38,134 bases of DNA from an uncultured bacterium (GTDB taxonomy: Bacteria; Patescibacteriota; Minisyncoccia; Phycocordibacterales; PALSA-1337): assembly GCA_903902315.1 (NCBI GenBank), contig CAIUUK010000043.1, positions 1 to 38,134 of the forward strand. The letters are read 5' to 3'. Each line of letters begins with the position of its first letter. Positions within the stretch are counted from its first letter, which is position 1. Below, in pieces: positions 1 to 9,063 of the stretch. A program made the position numbers and the translations under genes. Under the pieces are notes generated by a model. That model was not told the origin of the DNA. It did no database searches and worked only from the letters and a program-made list of their open reading frames with translations.

Positions 1-4
1 ATCC

Positions 5-2326
5 CTACACTATCTCACAAACTCCACCGGCACATGCCAACTCTTTTTTGAGATCTGTCTCATTTTGCTTTTCATACGAAATAATCTTTGAGTAGTCGAT
101 ATGCTCAAGACGCTTTGCGAGTTCCTTGAAACGCTTTTCATCGATCGCTTCATATGGAGCGAGTTTGTAAACAGCGTCTTCGCGTGGCAAGAACGAAAGT
201 CCTCCAGCAATATCCCAGTTCTCATAAACCCAGTTAGCGACACCGATCCACTCATCATTTCCGATAGAGATTGTGACTGATGGATTGTGCTCAGTATAAT
301 TCATCTTTACCATCTTCCAATATTCGAGCTGTTCGATAGCTGAGAGATCGTCACGGAATATTGAACCAGATGGAGCTTTGACTGGGAATTCTAGAACGAA
401 TGTCGAAGCGTTTTCCATTGTCTGTCCGACTTCTGGACTATATGGCACACCCTGGTCTTTAAGCATTTTGAAAAGAGTGTCTGTTGCAGAGATACGAACA
501 CGACGGATATAGAACTTTGCATGTCGTGGATGCATACCTGAAGCACAATCTACGGTCTGAGAAAGAGTTCCTGATGGTTTGACACAAGTGATGGCAGTTG
601 ATTCATTTACTCCAAATCTCTTTGCAAATTCTTTGTTAATTTTAATAGCCTCGGCTTTGAGTTTTTTCATAACCTCAGGTTTTCTAACAGCAGGGCAATC
701 CCACATACCAGTTATAGAAACTCCGAGTAGGCGCTCACGGTCACAATGTTCTTTCCATTCCTTTGAAAGATATTGGAAATTTGTCAAAGAAGACTGATAG
801 GTTCCAAGAATAGTTGCTAGGCGCATTTTCTTCATAAGAGTCGCTTCTGTATCTTCTGCACGAGCCACAATTTCAGAAAGATTACAAAACTGTTTTGATT
901 GAAGGATAATCTCACCACATGGATTTGTTCCAATAGGACCAACTATATGCTGACCTGATGGATCAAAGTAGCCTTTATATTCTTTGAGAGCCTTTATGCG
1001 TCTTTCTGGAAGAGTTTTTGCAAGTGAACCACGGTTGAAAATACCGCGCTCTCCAGAATGACTTTCAATGAGAGCCATCCATTCTTTAAGGAATTCTTCG
1101 TTAGTTGGTTTGTTTATATAGACCGCAGAGTTGTTAGCTAACATGCGATGAGGATGATTTACATAGAATGCACCCTTCTTTGCATCACGAATCTGTTCAT
1201 CAGCAAGCTCTGACAATGAAATCATGGCGCTACGACGAACACCTCCAGCAACCACACAGTCGCCAATCATACATATAATGTCATGCAAATCGATTGGGCG
1301 TAGGCGTTTGCCTTGGCGAGCGAGCATGATCTGACGAGTAAAACCGTGCAAACGAACTAGAGGTGCTGGACCAGAAGCTTTACCACCCATTACTTTTAGA
1401 CGAGTTCCTTCTGGACGGATTTGAGAATAATCGAAATCAACATCCTTTCCTAAAGCCCAAGCTTTCATACCAACAGTGAGAGAGTCAGCCCAACCTTCTT
1501 TACTATCACCAACAACATGGACTGGAAGTTTTTCACCAGTCTGCATCAAAATCTGTGGAAATTTTTCTGCATTTGTACTTTCTACAGCAAAACCAACACC
1601 AGTTCCTGACATAGAGACATACATGATCTCAGCAAGATCCTGAAATGCTTCTGGTGCAATGAATGAACAGTTGTATGCACAAACATTGTCACGACGAGCT
1701 GCTCCTCCAGAAAACTGAAGCAAACGCATCGATGGCATTGCTGATTGAGTGAGCATTCCTTCACGAACTTCTTTATATTCTTTGTCAGTAAGTTTGTTGC
1801 CGAGATTTTCTTTCATGAAAGAAACATATCGATCAACAGTCTCAATCCATGTCTCGCGACGACTTTCTGCATCAATCCATTTTGAATAAGTACGATAATA
1901 GACGAACTCACCAAGAGCATTTCTGAAATATTTTTTTGAATCAGTTGCGAGTTTACGAACATTTTCTGGAATTTCTACACCTTTAGCACGAAGTTGTGCG
2001 CGCTCCTCACGATACAAAACATAATGCTTTGCAGTTTTTACATAATCTGAACGCATGAGCTCTTGCTCAACAACATCCTGAACACCTTCAACCGTTGGCA
2101 TGAAGTTTTTGAACTTCTTTTTTATACGAGCAAGCTCAGCTACAACATTTCGTGCAACCAATTCAGCGTCCTCACGAGTACCTTCAGCCATACTATTCAT
2201 ACCTTTAAAAATGGCATTTGTTATTTTCTCCATATCAAACGGAACAATGCGACCATCACGCTTAATGATAGTTGGAATAGCTGGTGCTTTGGCTGACACT
2301 GAAACTGATTTCTTTTTCTTAGGCAT
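5..2326 (-). CDS. nrdJ: Class II (adenosylcobalamin-dependent) ribonucleotide reductase with N-terminal ATP cone
   Basis: ATP cone (IIKRDGRIVPFDMEKI), YNCSF, GGVRRSAMI, TNPCGE, CVKPSGT and C-terminal CAGGVC cysteine pair. Confidence 0.93.
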   Translation of the reverse strand: MPKKKKSVSVSAKAPAIPTIIKRDGRIVPFDMEKITNAIFKGMNSMAEGTREDAELVARNVVAELARIKKKFKNFMPTVEGVQDVVEQELMRSDYVKTAKHYVLYREERAQLRAKGVEIPENVRKLATDSKKYFRNALGEFVYYRTYSKWIDAESRRETWIETVDRYVSFMKENLGNKLTDKEYKEVREGMLTQSAMPSMRLLQFSGGAARRDNVCAYNCSFIAPEAFQDLAEIMYVSMSGTGVGFAVESTNAEKFPQILMQTGEKLPVHVVGDSKEGWADSLTVGMKAWALGKDVDFDYSQIRPEGTRLKVMGGKASGPAPLVRLHGFTRQIMLARQGKRLRPIDLHDIICMIGDCVVAGGVRRSAMISLSELADEQIRDAKKGAFYVNHPHRMLANNSAVYINKPTNEEFLKEWMALIESHSGERGIFNRGSLAKTLPERRIKALKEYKGYFDPSGQHIVGPIGTNPCGEIILQSKQFCNLSEIVARAEDTEATLMKKMRLATILGTYQSSLTNFQYLSKEWKEHCDRERLLGVSITGMWDCPAVRKPEVMKKLKAEAIKINKEFAKRFGVNESTAITCVKPSGTLSQTVDCASGMHPRHAKFYIRRVRISATDTLFKMLKDQGVPYSPEVGQTMENASTFVLEFPVKAPSGSIFRDDLSAIEQLEYWKMVKMNYTEHNPSVTISIGNDEWIGVANWVYENWDIAGGLSFLPREDAVYKLAPYEAIDEKRFKELAKRLEHIDYSKIISYEKQNETDLKKELACAGGVCEIV

Positions 2327-2723
2327 AAATAATGGGCGAAGCGGAGTTTAAACCGCACGCGCCTGGCGTTAATGTTTTAATAATTATCTAATGGTTACAG
2401 GGTACTCGAACTTTGTTCCTTTGCTCTCTATTATACACGAGCTTTATATGCAAAGAAATAGTTTCAAACAAAATTTACGATAAACATCAGCAGAAAAAAT
2501 ATATCAATAGCAGGGAAGAATGAGAGGGAACATTTCGACCACAAAAAACTCACATGTGAAGGTGTGAAGTCAAAATGAAAAGCTTTTTCAAGGTCTCTTT
2601 GGAGAAATCTTTTTCAAATAATCGGCGTTGTAAAAATCGTGGTCTTATTTTAGAGGTCTACCAAATTTATTTTCATCGATTTAGGTTAAAAAAGAGGTCT
2701 TTCTCCCCTACTCTTTAAAAAAG

Positions 2724-2732
2724 TTATCCACA
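2724..2732 (+). promoter_or_regulatory. Perfect DnaA box (TTATCCACA) upstream of nrdJ
   Basis: Exact consensus 9-mer in the 464-bp intergenic region; only one copy seen. Confidence 0.4.
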
Positions 2733-2790
2733 GGTGCCTCTAAATTCGTCCTAATAATTTATTATAAATCATCACCAGATTTATATGAAT

Positions 2791-3429
2791 TTAAATAGAA
2801 AATTTTACTGAACTTCCTTTTATTAAACCAAATTTGTCTGCAGTTCCAGCATTCACCTCAACAACATACTGAATCGATCGCACTGGCATAAAAACTGATG
2901 GGTATGAATCTGGAGTTGCATCTTTTGTAACATTAGCCACAACATAATTTGAATCAATCCAAACCAAATCAAGAGGAAAATTCATATTCTTCATCCAAAA
3001 TCCATATTGACCAGAAGTATCAAATGTAAAAAGCATTCCTTCTCCCTTTGGTAATGAGGTAATATCACTCAAACCCTGTTCACGAACCGCATCTGTATCA
3101 GCTATAAACACTTTCAAACTTCCCTTTGTAGTATATAAAGTTGTCGATTTTAAACTTAGAATATTACTAAGCGCAACAGAGGCTGAAGTCGATGTTGAAA
3201 CTTCGGTAGTTGAACTTGTTACCAAATTATTTTGATCAACTGTCGTACTAGCTAACTCCGGAATTAAACTTGAAGTCGCTTCAGTTGAACTTGCAAACTC
3301 TGAAGTCGAGCTCGCTAAAATATTACCAAACGATGGAACTTTTTTTTCATTAATTAAATTTTGAGAAATATAAAACAGCGCAACACATGCTGCAATAAAA
3401 ATTATTATATTTATCAATCCTTTACTCAT
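2791..3429 (-). CDS. DUF192 family protein with N-terminal membrane anchor and Ser/Thr-rich linker
   Basis: REQGLS...GMLFTF...FWMKNMNFPLDLVW...YVVEVNAG; hydrophobic N-terminus. Confidence 0.85.
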   Translation of the reverse strand: MSKGLINIIIFIAACVALFYISQNLINEKKVPSFGNILASSTSEFASSTEATSSLIPELASTTVDQNNLVTSSTTEVSTSTSASVALSNILSLKSTTLYTTKGSLKVFIADTDAVREQGLSDITSLPKGEGMLFTFDTSGQYGFWMKNMNFPLDLVWIDSNYVVANVTKDATPDSYPSVFMPVRSIQYVVEVNAGTADKFGLIKGSSVKFSI

Positions 3430-3466
3430 ATAAAATGAAACTTATAAATTAATGATTACAGGCTAA

Positions 3467-4285
3467 TTATGCGAGCTTTTTCAAAAGATTGAATTTACGA
3501 CCAACCATATGTTTTTCTGCTTCAATCAGAATTTTCTCCATCATTGTTACTGCTTCAATTACATATTGCCCTTTAGCTGTTTCCTCTGACAACATAACTG
3601 CATCAGATCCTTGTGTAACTGCACTTTCAACATCAGTCACTTCAGCACGAGTTGGTTCAGGATGATCAACCATTGAAAGCATCATCTGTGTAGCGGTGAT
3701 GACAGCCTTCCCTGCTTTATTGGCTTTACGAATTATGTCTGCTTGTACAAATGGAATACGCTCAAGTGGAATTTCTTCACCTAAATCACCACGAGCAACC
3801 ATTACCGCGTCAGTACTTTTAATTATCTCATCCAAATTATCCAAGGCAACAGCGCGCTCAATCTTGGCTACAATAGGCTGTTTTCCACCCTTTTCTTTGA
3901 TAAAAGCTCTACACTCTTCTATATCTTTAGCATTTCCAACGAAGGATAGAGCGATACAATCAACATCTTGTTCTATCCCAAAAGTAATACACTCTTTATC
4001 GTGCTCAGTTAATGCAGAAACGGAATCATGATCGTAAGTATGACCCGCAGTCTCCTGAATACGCGGACCTGGAACATCTTGCAGAATAACCATGGAAACA
4101 CCTGATTCTTTTTCGACTTGTCGGATATTTTTTATCCTTTCAGCATGCTCGATAAAAGTCCCCCAGGAAAAATTTAAACGAAATACATCAGCTCCGGCAC
4201 GAGCTAATGATCGAATATGTTCAATATCACTTGATACTGGACCAAGAGTTGCAACTATTTGTGCACGAGATCTGGTGGAAGGCAT
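3467..4285 (-). CDS. pyk: Pyruvate kinase, short form (272 aa; A-barrel only)
   Basis: IVATLGP, RLNFS, AKIE, VARGDLG, ATQM, PTRAEVTDV, DAVMLSEETAKG; start placed at ATG 4285 to avoid overlap with the upstream gene. Confidence 0.88.
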   Translation of the reverse strand: MPSTRSRAQIVATLGPVSSDIEHIRSLARAGADVFRLNFSWGTFIEHAERIKNIRQVEKESGVSMVILQDVPGPRIQETAGHTYDHDSVSALTEHDKECITFGIEQDVDCIALSFVGNAKDIEECRAFIKEKGGKQPIVAKIERAVALDNLDEIIKSTDAVMVARGDLGEEIPLERIPFVQADIIRKANKAGKAVITATQMMLSMVDHPEPTRAEVTDVESAVTQGSDAVMLSEETAKGQYVIEAVTMMEKILIEAEKHMVGRKFNLLKKLA

Positions 4286-4295
4286 AATGGTTAGA

Positions 4296-5267
4296 TTAAT
4301 TAACTTTGTTTGGCGGAATTTTTCCTTCAAAGAAAGCGATGATGTTATCTGCTACAAGTCGTGACATTTCATTTCGAGCTGTATCACTAGCAGAAGCAAT
4401 ATGGGGTGTGAGTATAACATTTTCGAGCTTCATCAAACCTTTCACGAGCTTCGGCTCAAATTCAAAGACATCGAGTCCGGCACCTGCAATTGTTTTATTT
4501 TTAAGCGCTTCAACAAGTGCAACTTCGTCGATGATAGGACCACGAGCTGTGTTGACTAGAAATGCATTTTTTTTCATCATTGCTAGACGCTCTGCATTGA
4601 TGAGATGCTTCGTCGAATCCATGAGTGGTACATGCAAGCTAACAATGTCAGCCTGACGCAAAATTTCTTCAGGAGTAGCGTAGAAAGTAGCGCCAGATTC
4701 TTTTTCTATTTGATCGTTTCTCTTGAGGTCGGTGTAAATAACTTTCAAACCAAAACCTCGAGCATAATGAGCAACTTGTGAACCTATTCTACCAGCACCT
4801 ATAAGTCCCAAGGTTTTTCCAAGAATATCTGTTCCAATAAAATTCATCGGCTCCCATCCTTTATATTTTCCACGGCGAACAAATTCATCAGCCTCAACAA
4901 TTCTAGCAGCCAATGAAAGCATCAGAGCAAAAGTATGTTCAGCCACCGCTTCAGAAGTCGAAATTGCTGGGGCATTTGCAATTATAATTCCCCTCTTTGT
5001 AGCTTCAATAGTATCAACATTATCATAGCCACTGGCATAATTAACGAAAATTTTAGCTGACGAAACTGCTTCAAATAGCTTCGCATCAACAGTATCTGTA
5101 AGTAGAGAAACTACAGCATCATAAGGCTTTTTCTTGAGAGCCTTAATGAGCTCTTTCTGGGTAGGCATCGAATCCTTATCACGAACATCAACTGTATAAC
5201 CCTTGTCGCGGAGCATCTTGATGCCAATTTCAGGAATTTGGCGAGTTACAAAAATAGTTTTAGTCAT
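4296..5267 (-). CDS. D-isomer-specific 2-hydroxyacid dehydrogenase (glyoxylate reductase/D-glycerate dehydrogenase family)
   Basis: GAGRIG Rossmann motif, NTARG, LDVFEFEP, TPHIAS. Confidence 0.92.
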   Translation of the reverse strand: MTKTIFVTRQIPEIGIKMLRDKGYTVDVRDKDSMPTQKELIKALKKKPYDAVVSLLTDTVDAKLFEAVSSAKIFVNYASGYDNVDTIEATKRGIIIANAPAISTSEAVAEHTFALMLSLAARIVEADEFVRRGKYKGWEPMNFIGTDILGKTLGLIGAGRIGSQVAHYARGFGLKVIYTDLKRNDQIEKESGATFYATPEEILRQADIVSLHVPLMDSTKHLINAERLAMMKKNAFLVNTARGPIIDEVALVEALKNKTIAGAGLDVFEFEPKLVKGLMKLENVILTPHIASASDTARNEMSRLVADNIIAFFEGKIPPNKVN

Positions 5268-5319
5268 GCAAACATTATAACATCAACATGTGTATTCCAA
5301 AATGGAAACAAAATAAGCC

Positions 5320-5829
5320 TTACAATTCATCAACAACCTCCACCCTCTGCTTCAATATCACGTCACCATCACCAAAGGTGAAACTAGCTCTAACAAAATC
5401 ACCAGCAATAACTTTTGGCAACCAAAAAGGATCATCTGGCCACATATCCTTAAAAGGTATATCGCCAATCTTGAACCATTCAGGTTTCATCTCTTCACTT
5501 TCAATGGGCTCACCTTCCCATTTTTCTGCAAAATACACATGGACTAACTGATTCCAATTTGATTTGGTTGGATCTGCAAATAAAAATTCGAGCTCAGCCA
5601 CTTTCTTCAAATTATTTTGACCGCTAATCATTCCATTATTTTCCTTACCATTACAAACCTTCACGCCGATCTCTTCAAAAGTCTCACGGACAGTGGCATC
5701 TTCTATCGATTCGCCCTGATTAAGTTTTCCACCAACACCATTCCAACGACCAGTACCAAATCCGCGTTTCTTCATGGCGAGACAGATCTGGTCCTTTTTT
5801 ATTAGAAATAATAAAGTTGTATCACGCAT
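5320..5829 (-). CDS. Nudix hydrolase, MTH1/8-oxo-dGTPase-like
   Basis: KKRGFGTGRWNGVGGK...RETFEEIG Nudix box, ESEEMKPEWF, MWPDD; start at ATG 5829. Confidence 0.88.
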   Translation of the reverse strand: MRDTTLLFLIKKDQICLAMKKRGFGTGRWNGVGGKLNQGESIEDATVRETFEEIGVKVCNGKENNGMISGQNNLKKVAELEFLFADPTKSNWNQLVHVYFAEKWEGEPIESEEMKPEWFKIGDIPFKDMWPDDPFWLPKVIAGDFVRASFTFGDGDVILKQRVEVVDEL

Positions 5830-5851
5830 AAATAATTCAAAATGGACCAGA

Positions 5852-8611
5852 CTATTTTTTATATTTCTCCATGACTTCTGCCTCAACTTCAGCACGAGGC
5901 CTTCCATACATTAGAGCTGACAATTCCTTGAGCTTTGGAACAACATCTACATTTCCCTTTTCTGGAGAGATGTGGTGCATACTGAAAGGTTTTGATGGTC
6001 GACCATTTGCAAGCATACGAACATACGCATTGAAATTATCCAAATTAATTATGTCTTTGACCGTGAAAGTTGGCTCAAACTGTTTAACTAGGAATTCCGC
6101 ATCCTCTGTACCAACACGATATACCGCCATAGATCCGACGTTACCAAAAACAGCATCCTTTATTTTATCTTCAAGCTGAGCGATGAACTGGTGAGCAATA
6201 GTCAGCGACAAACGATATTTACGCGCCTCTGAAAGAATGACTGCTATCGAATCAGTAGTAACGTTTTGGAACTCATCGAGATAGAGGAAGAAATCGTTCA
6301 TCGGTTTACCGAAGGAATCAACACGCGACAAAGCGGCCATAAGGATTTTTCCAACGAGAATAAGGCCAAGGAGGTGTGAGTTAATATCGCCGAGGCGTCC
6401 TTTTGAAAGATTCACTAGGAGAATTTTCTTACCATCCATAATCTCGCGGAAATTAAATGAGGATTTTTCCTGGGCAATTATTGGACGCATGATTTCATTC
6501 GCCAAAAAGACGTCGAACTTTGAGGTAATATACGGCACAACGTTTGCAAGTGAGGCTTCACCGCCAGCCTTTTCTGCTATCTCCTTCCAGAACTGAACAA
6601 CGACTGGATTTTTACATTTTGAAATCTTAAGCTCACGAAAAGCTTTGTTTGACATGACACGTGATACATCCAACAAAGTACATCCTGATTCAGGATCCTC
6701 TATAACTAGGTTTGTAGCATTGCGGAAATACTGTTCAAACATTGGACCCATAGATTCTGGCACAGCTCCATAAAGCTTCTGGAATATACTGAACATTTCA
6801 TTGACCACGAAAGTTTTTTGCTCAGGAAAACGAGGATCGTATTCGAGCATATTGAGTGCCATCGGTCTATCGGTTGAAGCCGGATCAAAATAAATTACAT
6901 CCTCAAAACGATCTGGCGGAATTGCAGCCAAAACATCATTTACATCAGAACCGTGCGGATCTATAAAGCACACGCCTTTACCAGCCATGATGTCCTGAAT
7001 TATCATTTGCTTGAGCAATGTCGTTTTACCGGTACCAGTTTGACCAATCACATAGAAGTGACGCATACGATCTTCTGGAGAAATATAAATAGGAGTGACT
7101 TGACCTCTATATGTATTTGTACCAATAAGTGTTCCGGCCTTTGGTAAATCGAGAGGCGCAGGCGCTGTACCAGAGGCTGATTGTTTAAGCTGTGGAGCCG
7201 TGTGGTGAATATTCGTTGCTGGAAAATGCAAACAAGTCGTCATTTCCTCAATATTCAAAATCATTTTTTCATCTCCTTCAAAAGTGCGCAAAGAAAACTG
7301 TTCTAAAACTTGATTCAATTTCTTTGGTGCCACTCGTGTCCATTTTATGCGATTACCAGAGCCGAGTTCAAATTGATTAAAACTAGACTCCAAATCCGAC
7401 AAAATATTTTCTGCTTCACTCTGTGTAGCAGCCGAAGCAATAATACGGATATTTATAGCCACGAAAGGACTCTTTAGTTTGCGAGTGAAATTTTCTATAG
7501 TAGCCTGATCTAAAGCCTGTGATCGTTTAGCTTCTCCTTCTTTTTCTTTATCAATTTTTTCCTGACCTTTGAACATGCCGAGTGCATCTTTAAAAATCAT
7601 TCCGCCGATAGATTGATCAATTTCCTTCAAAACTTCATTTATCTTTTTTCCTTTTCTTATTTTTTCCAAGGCTTTATTACATTCCTTTGCATAGCCTTCT
7701 TCTCTTTTACCAATAACCAACTGGATAGCAGCACCTTCCCCTTGTTTATCAACATTTGAAAATGCATTCAACAGTGAATTAAGTGGATCCGTATCAAAAT
7801 CCTCATATGCCTTCAGAGGATATAAAGCGTGTTTCGAAAGGCTGGCGTACGAAGCAACAGAAACGCCTTTTGGATTAAAGACATTGTAATCATCGGAATG
7901 TTCCAAGACATGAGCATTTGGAAACATAGACATGATTTGTTTTTCAAAAAGACCTTTACGAGTTTCTGGAACTGAAACATAAAAGATGAATTCATTACTT
8001 CCATTTGCATTAGCGATTTCTACAGTGAACCAGCCAGGATTTTTTGAATCGTCAGATATAGAAAGCATACCAGCGTAGAATTGTTCCATACCAGAAATGA
8101 GTTCGCTTAATTGTTTTTTATTTTCTTCTTCTGATGTTTCTGGTAGAGAAACTTCAAATAGACACATGTGCAAAGGTTTCCAAAGTGGATCACTTTCCCT
8201 GAGTCCTTGGATCGAGTGTCCACTAGCTATAAATTGCACCAAGAAACGGTGAAAGTCGTCGTAGATGTGAGGATTATTCATTTTTTCTACAACATGAATT
8301 GCATTTCTAATTCCATGTTCTTCCAACACTCCTAACAAATGTTCCATCTGACTATCATGAGTCTCTGGTGAGAGTTTTAGAACTATTTCTGTGGCTTCGT
8401 GGTCTTTGAGAGCATATTCTGGTCTTAAAACTTCAGATGGTGTTGTTCCAGCGTATTGGTTAACCACATCAGTTGCAGCCTCATGTTCAGTAAGTGATTC
8501 ACCATTGTCTCGTGCATCCAAATGTCTCTCTGCAACTGCTCCACGAACTCTGGCTAATTCCTCATGAGGATTTCCGACTGGTTCACGACTTTCAAAAGAG
8601 AGTGGTTTCAT
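5852..8611 (-). CDS. VirB4/TraD/HerA-FtsK superfamily ATPase (type IV secretion coupling-like)
   Basis: HFYVIGQTGTGKT Walker A, IDPHG, YLDEFQN Walker B, SEARKY, AHQFIAQL. Confidence 0.85.
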   Translation of the reverse strand: MKPLSFESREPVGNPHEELARVRGAVAERHLDARDNGESLTEHEAATDVVNQYAGTTPSEVLRPEYALKDHEATEIVLKLSPETHDSQMEHLLGVLEEHGIRNAIHVVEKMNNPHIYDDFHRFLVQFIASGHSIQGLRESDPLWKPLHMCLFEVSLPETSEEENKKQLSELISGMEQFYAGMLSISDDSKNPGWFTVEIANANGSNEFIFYVSVPETRKGLFEKQIMSMFPNAHVLEHSDDYNVFNPKGVSVASYASLSKHALYPLKAYEDFDTDPLNSLLNAFSNVDKQGEGAAIQLVIGKREEGYAKECNKALEKIRKGKKINEVLKEIDQSIGGMIFKDALGMFKGQEKIDKEKEGEAKRSQALDQATIENFTRKLKSPFVAINIRIIASAATQSEAENILSDLESSFNQFELGSGNRIKWTRVAPKKLNQVLEQFSLRTFEGDEKMILNIEEMTTCLHFPATNIHHTAPQLKQSASGTAPAPLDLPKAGTLIGTNTYRGQVTPIYISPEDRMRHFYVIGQTGTGKTTLLKQMIIQDIMAGKGVCFIDPHGSDVNDVLAAIPPDRFEDVIYFDPASTDRPMALNMLEYDPRFPEQKTFVVNEMFSIFQKLYGAVPESMGPMFEQYFRNATNLVIEDPESGCTLLDVSRVMSNKAFRELKISKCKNPVVVQFWKEIAEKAGGEASLANVVPYITSKFDVFLANEIMRPIIAQEKSSFNFREIMDGKKILLVNLSKGRLGDINSHLLGLILVGKILMAALSRVDSFGKPMNDFFLYLDEFQNVTTDSIAVILSEARKYRLSLTIAHQFIAQLEDKIKDAVFGNVGSMAVYRVGTEDAEFLVKQFEPTFTVKDIINLDNFNAYVRMLANGRPSKPFSMHHISPEKGNVDVVPKLKELSALMYGRPRAEVEAEVMEKYKK

Positions 8612-8656
8612 ATGAGGTAAAGTATATCACAGTGAAATTATGTCACTAATAGTTAC

Positions 8657-8812
8657 TTATCCTCGATTATGATCAACAAGTCTTTCAACTCCTTCTTTTT
8701 CTTTTAAAACAGAAATAACCCTTCCATTATTTTCAGGGTTTTTATATGTTAATTTATCATCACCTTCACCAATAGGTTCTTGATTTGATTGTTCAAATTT
8801 TTCAAGTCTCAT
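8657..8812 (-). pseudogene. 51-aa ORF, possible truncated kinase-like N-lobe fragment
   Basis: Hand translation MRLEKFEQSNQEPIGEGDDKLTYKNPENNGRVISVLKEKEGVERLVDHNRG; TAAACT 9 nt before ATG. Confidence 0.35.
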
Positions 8813-8856
8813 CGTGTATGTAGTTTACCACACCAATGACTCTTAATCGAAACAAT

Positions 8857-8886
8857 TTGACAATCAACATGATTCGATGTTATAGT
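8857..8886 (+). promoter_or_regulatory. Sigma70-type promoter TTGACA-N18-TATAGT with extended -10 TG
   Basis: TTGACA 8857-8862, TG 8878-8879, TATAGT 8881-8886. Confidence 0.6.
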
Positions 8887-8891
8887 GTCTC

Positions 8892-9063
8892 TTGAATTCG
8901 GTTTTGTTTGCGGTAAAAATAAACAAATCAACCAGCCGTCTCACGCGAACAAATTTCAATGAGAAGAAGCCGAGGTCGACTGCTTCTCGACAAACTTCAG
9001 TGATAATCTAAATCAAAGACAACCCCTGTGGCTCAAATGGTGGAATTGAGCCACAGAGGTTTT
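8892..9063 (+). ncRNA. Candidate structured small RNA of unknown family
   Basis: Bounded by promoter and terminator, contains several complementary stems and only a 14-codon ORF. Confidence 0.4.
9021..9063. terminator. Likely bidirectional intrinsic terminator
   Basis: CTGTGGCTCAA (9026-9036) / TTGAGCCACAG (9046-9056) perfect 11-bp stem; T-rich tails on both strands. Confidence 0.75.

Noticed and set aside
2327-2790. Cobalamin riboswitch, NrdR boxes or oriC upstream of nrdJ
   Set aside because: No B12-box or convincing NrdR palindrome recognised on the coding strand; one DnaA box is insufficient for an origin
4286-4330. ORF-track N-terminal extensions (pyk, and likewise Nudix, rplY, the 14769 gene, secG, RRM and the nuclease)
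   Set aside because: They overlap neighbours or promoters; downstream ATGs fit the family N-termini and/or -10 spacing
8960-9004. SRP RNA or 6S RNA identity for the candidate sRNA
   Set aside because: GAAGCAG occurs on the minus strand but the SRP helix-8 context is missing; the fold is branched rather than a 6S rod with central bubble
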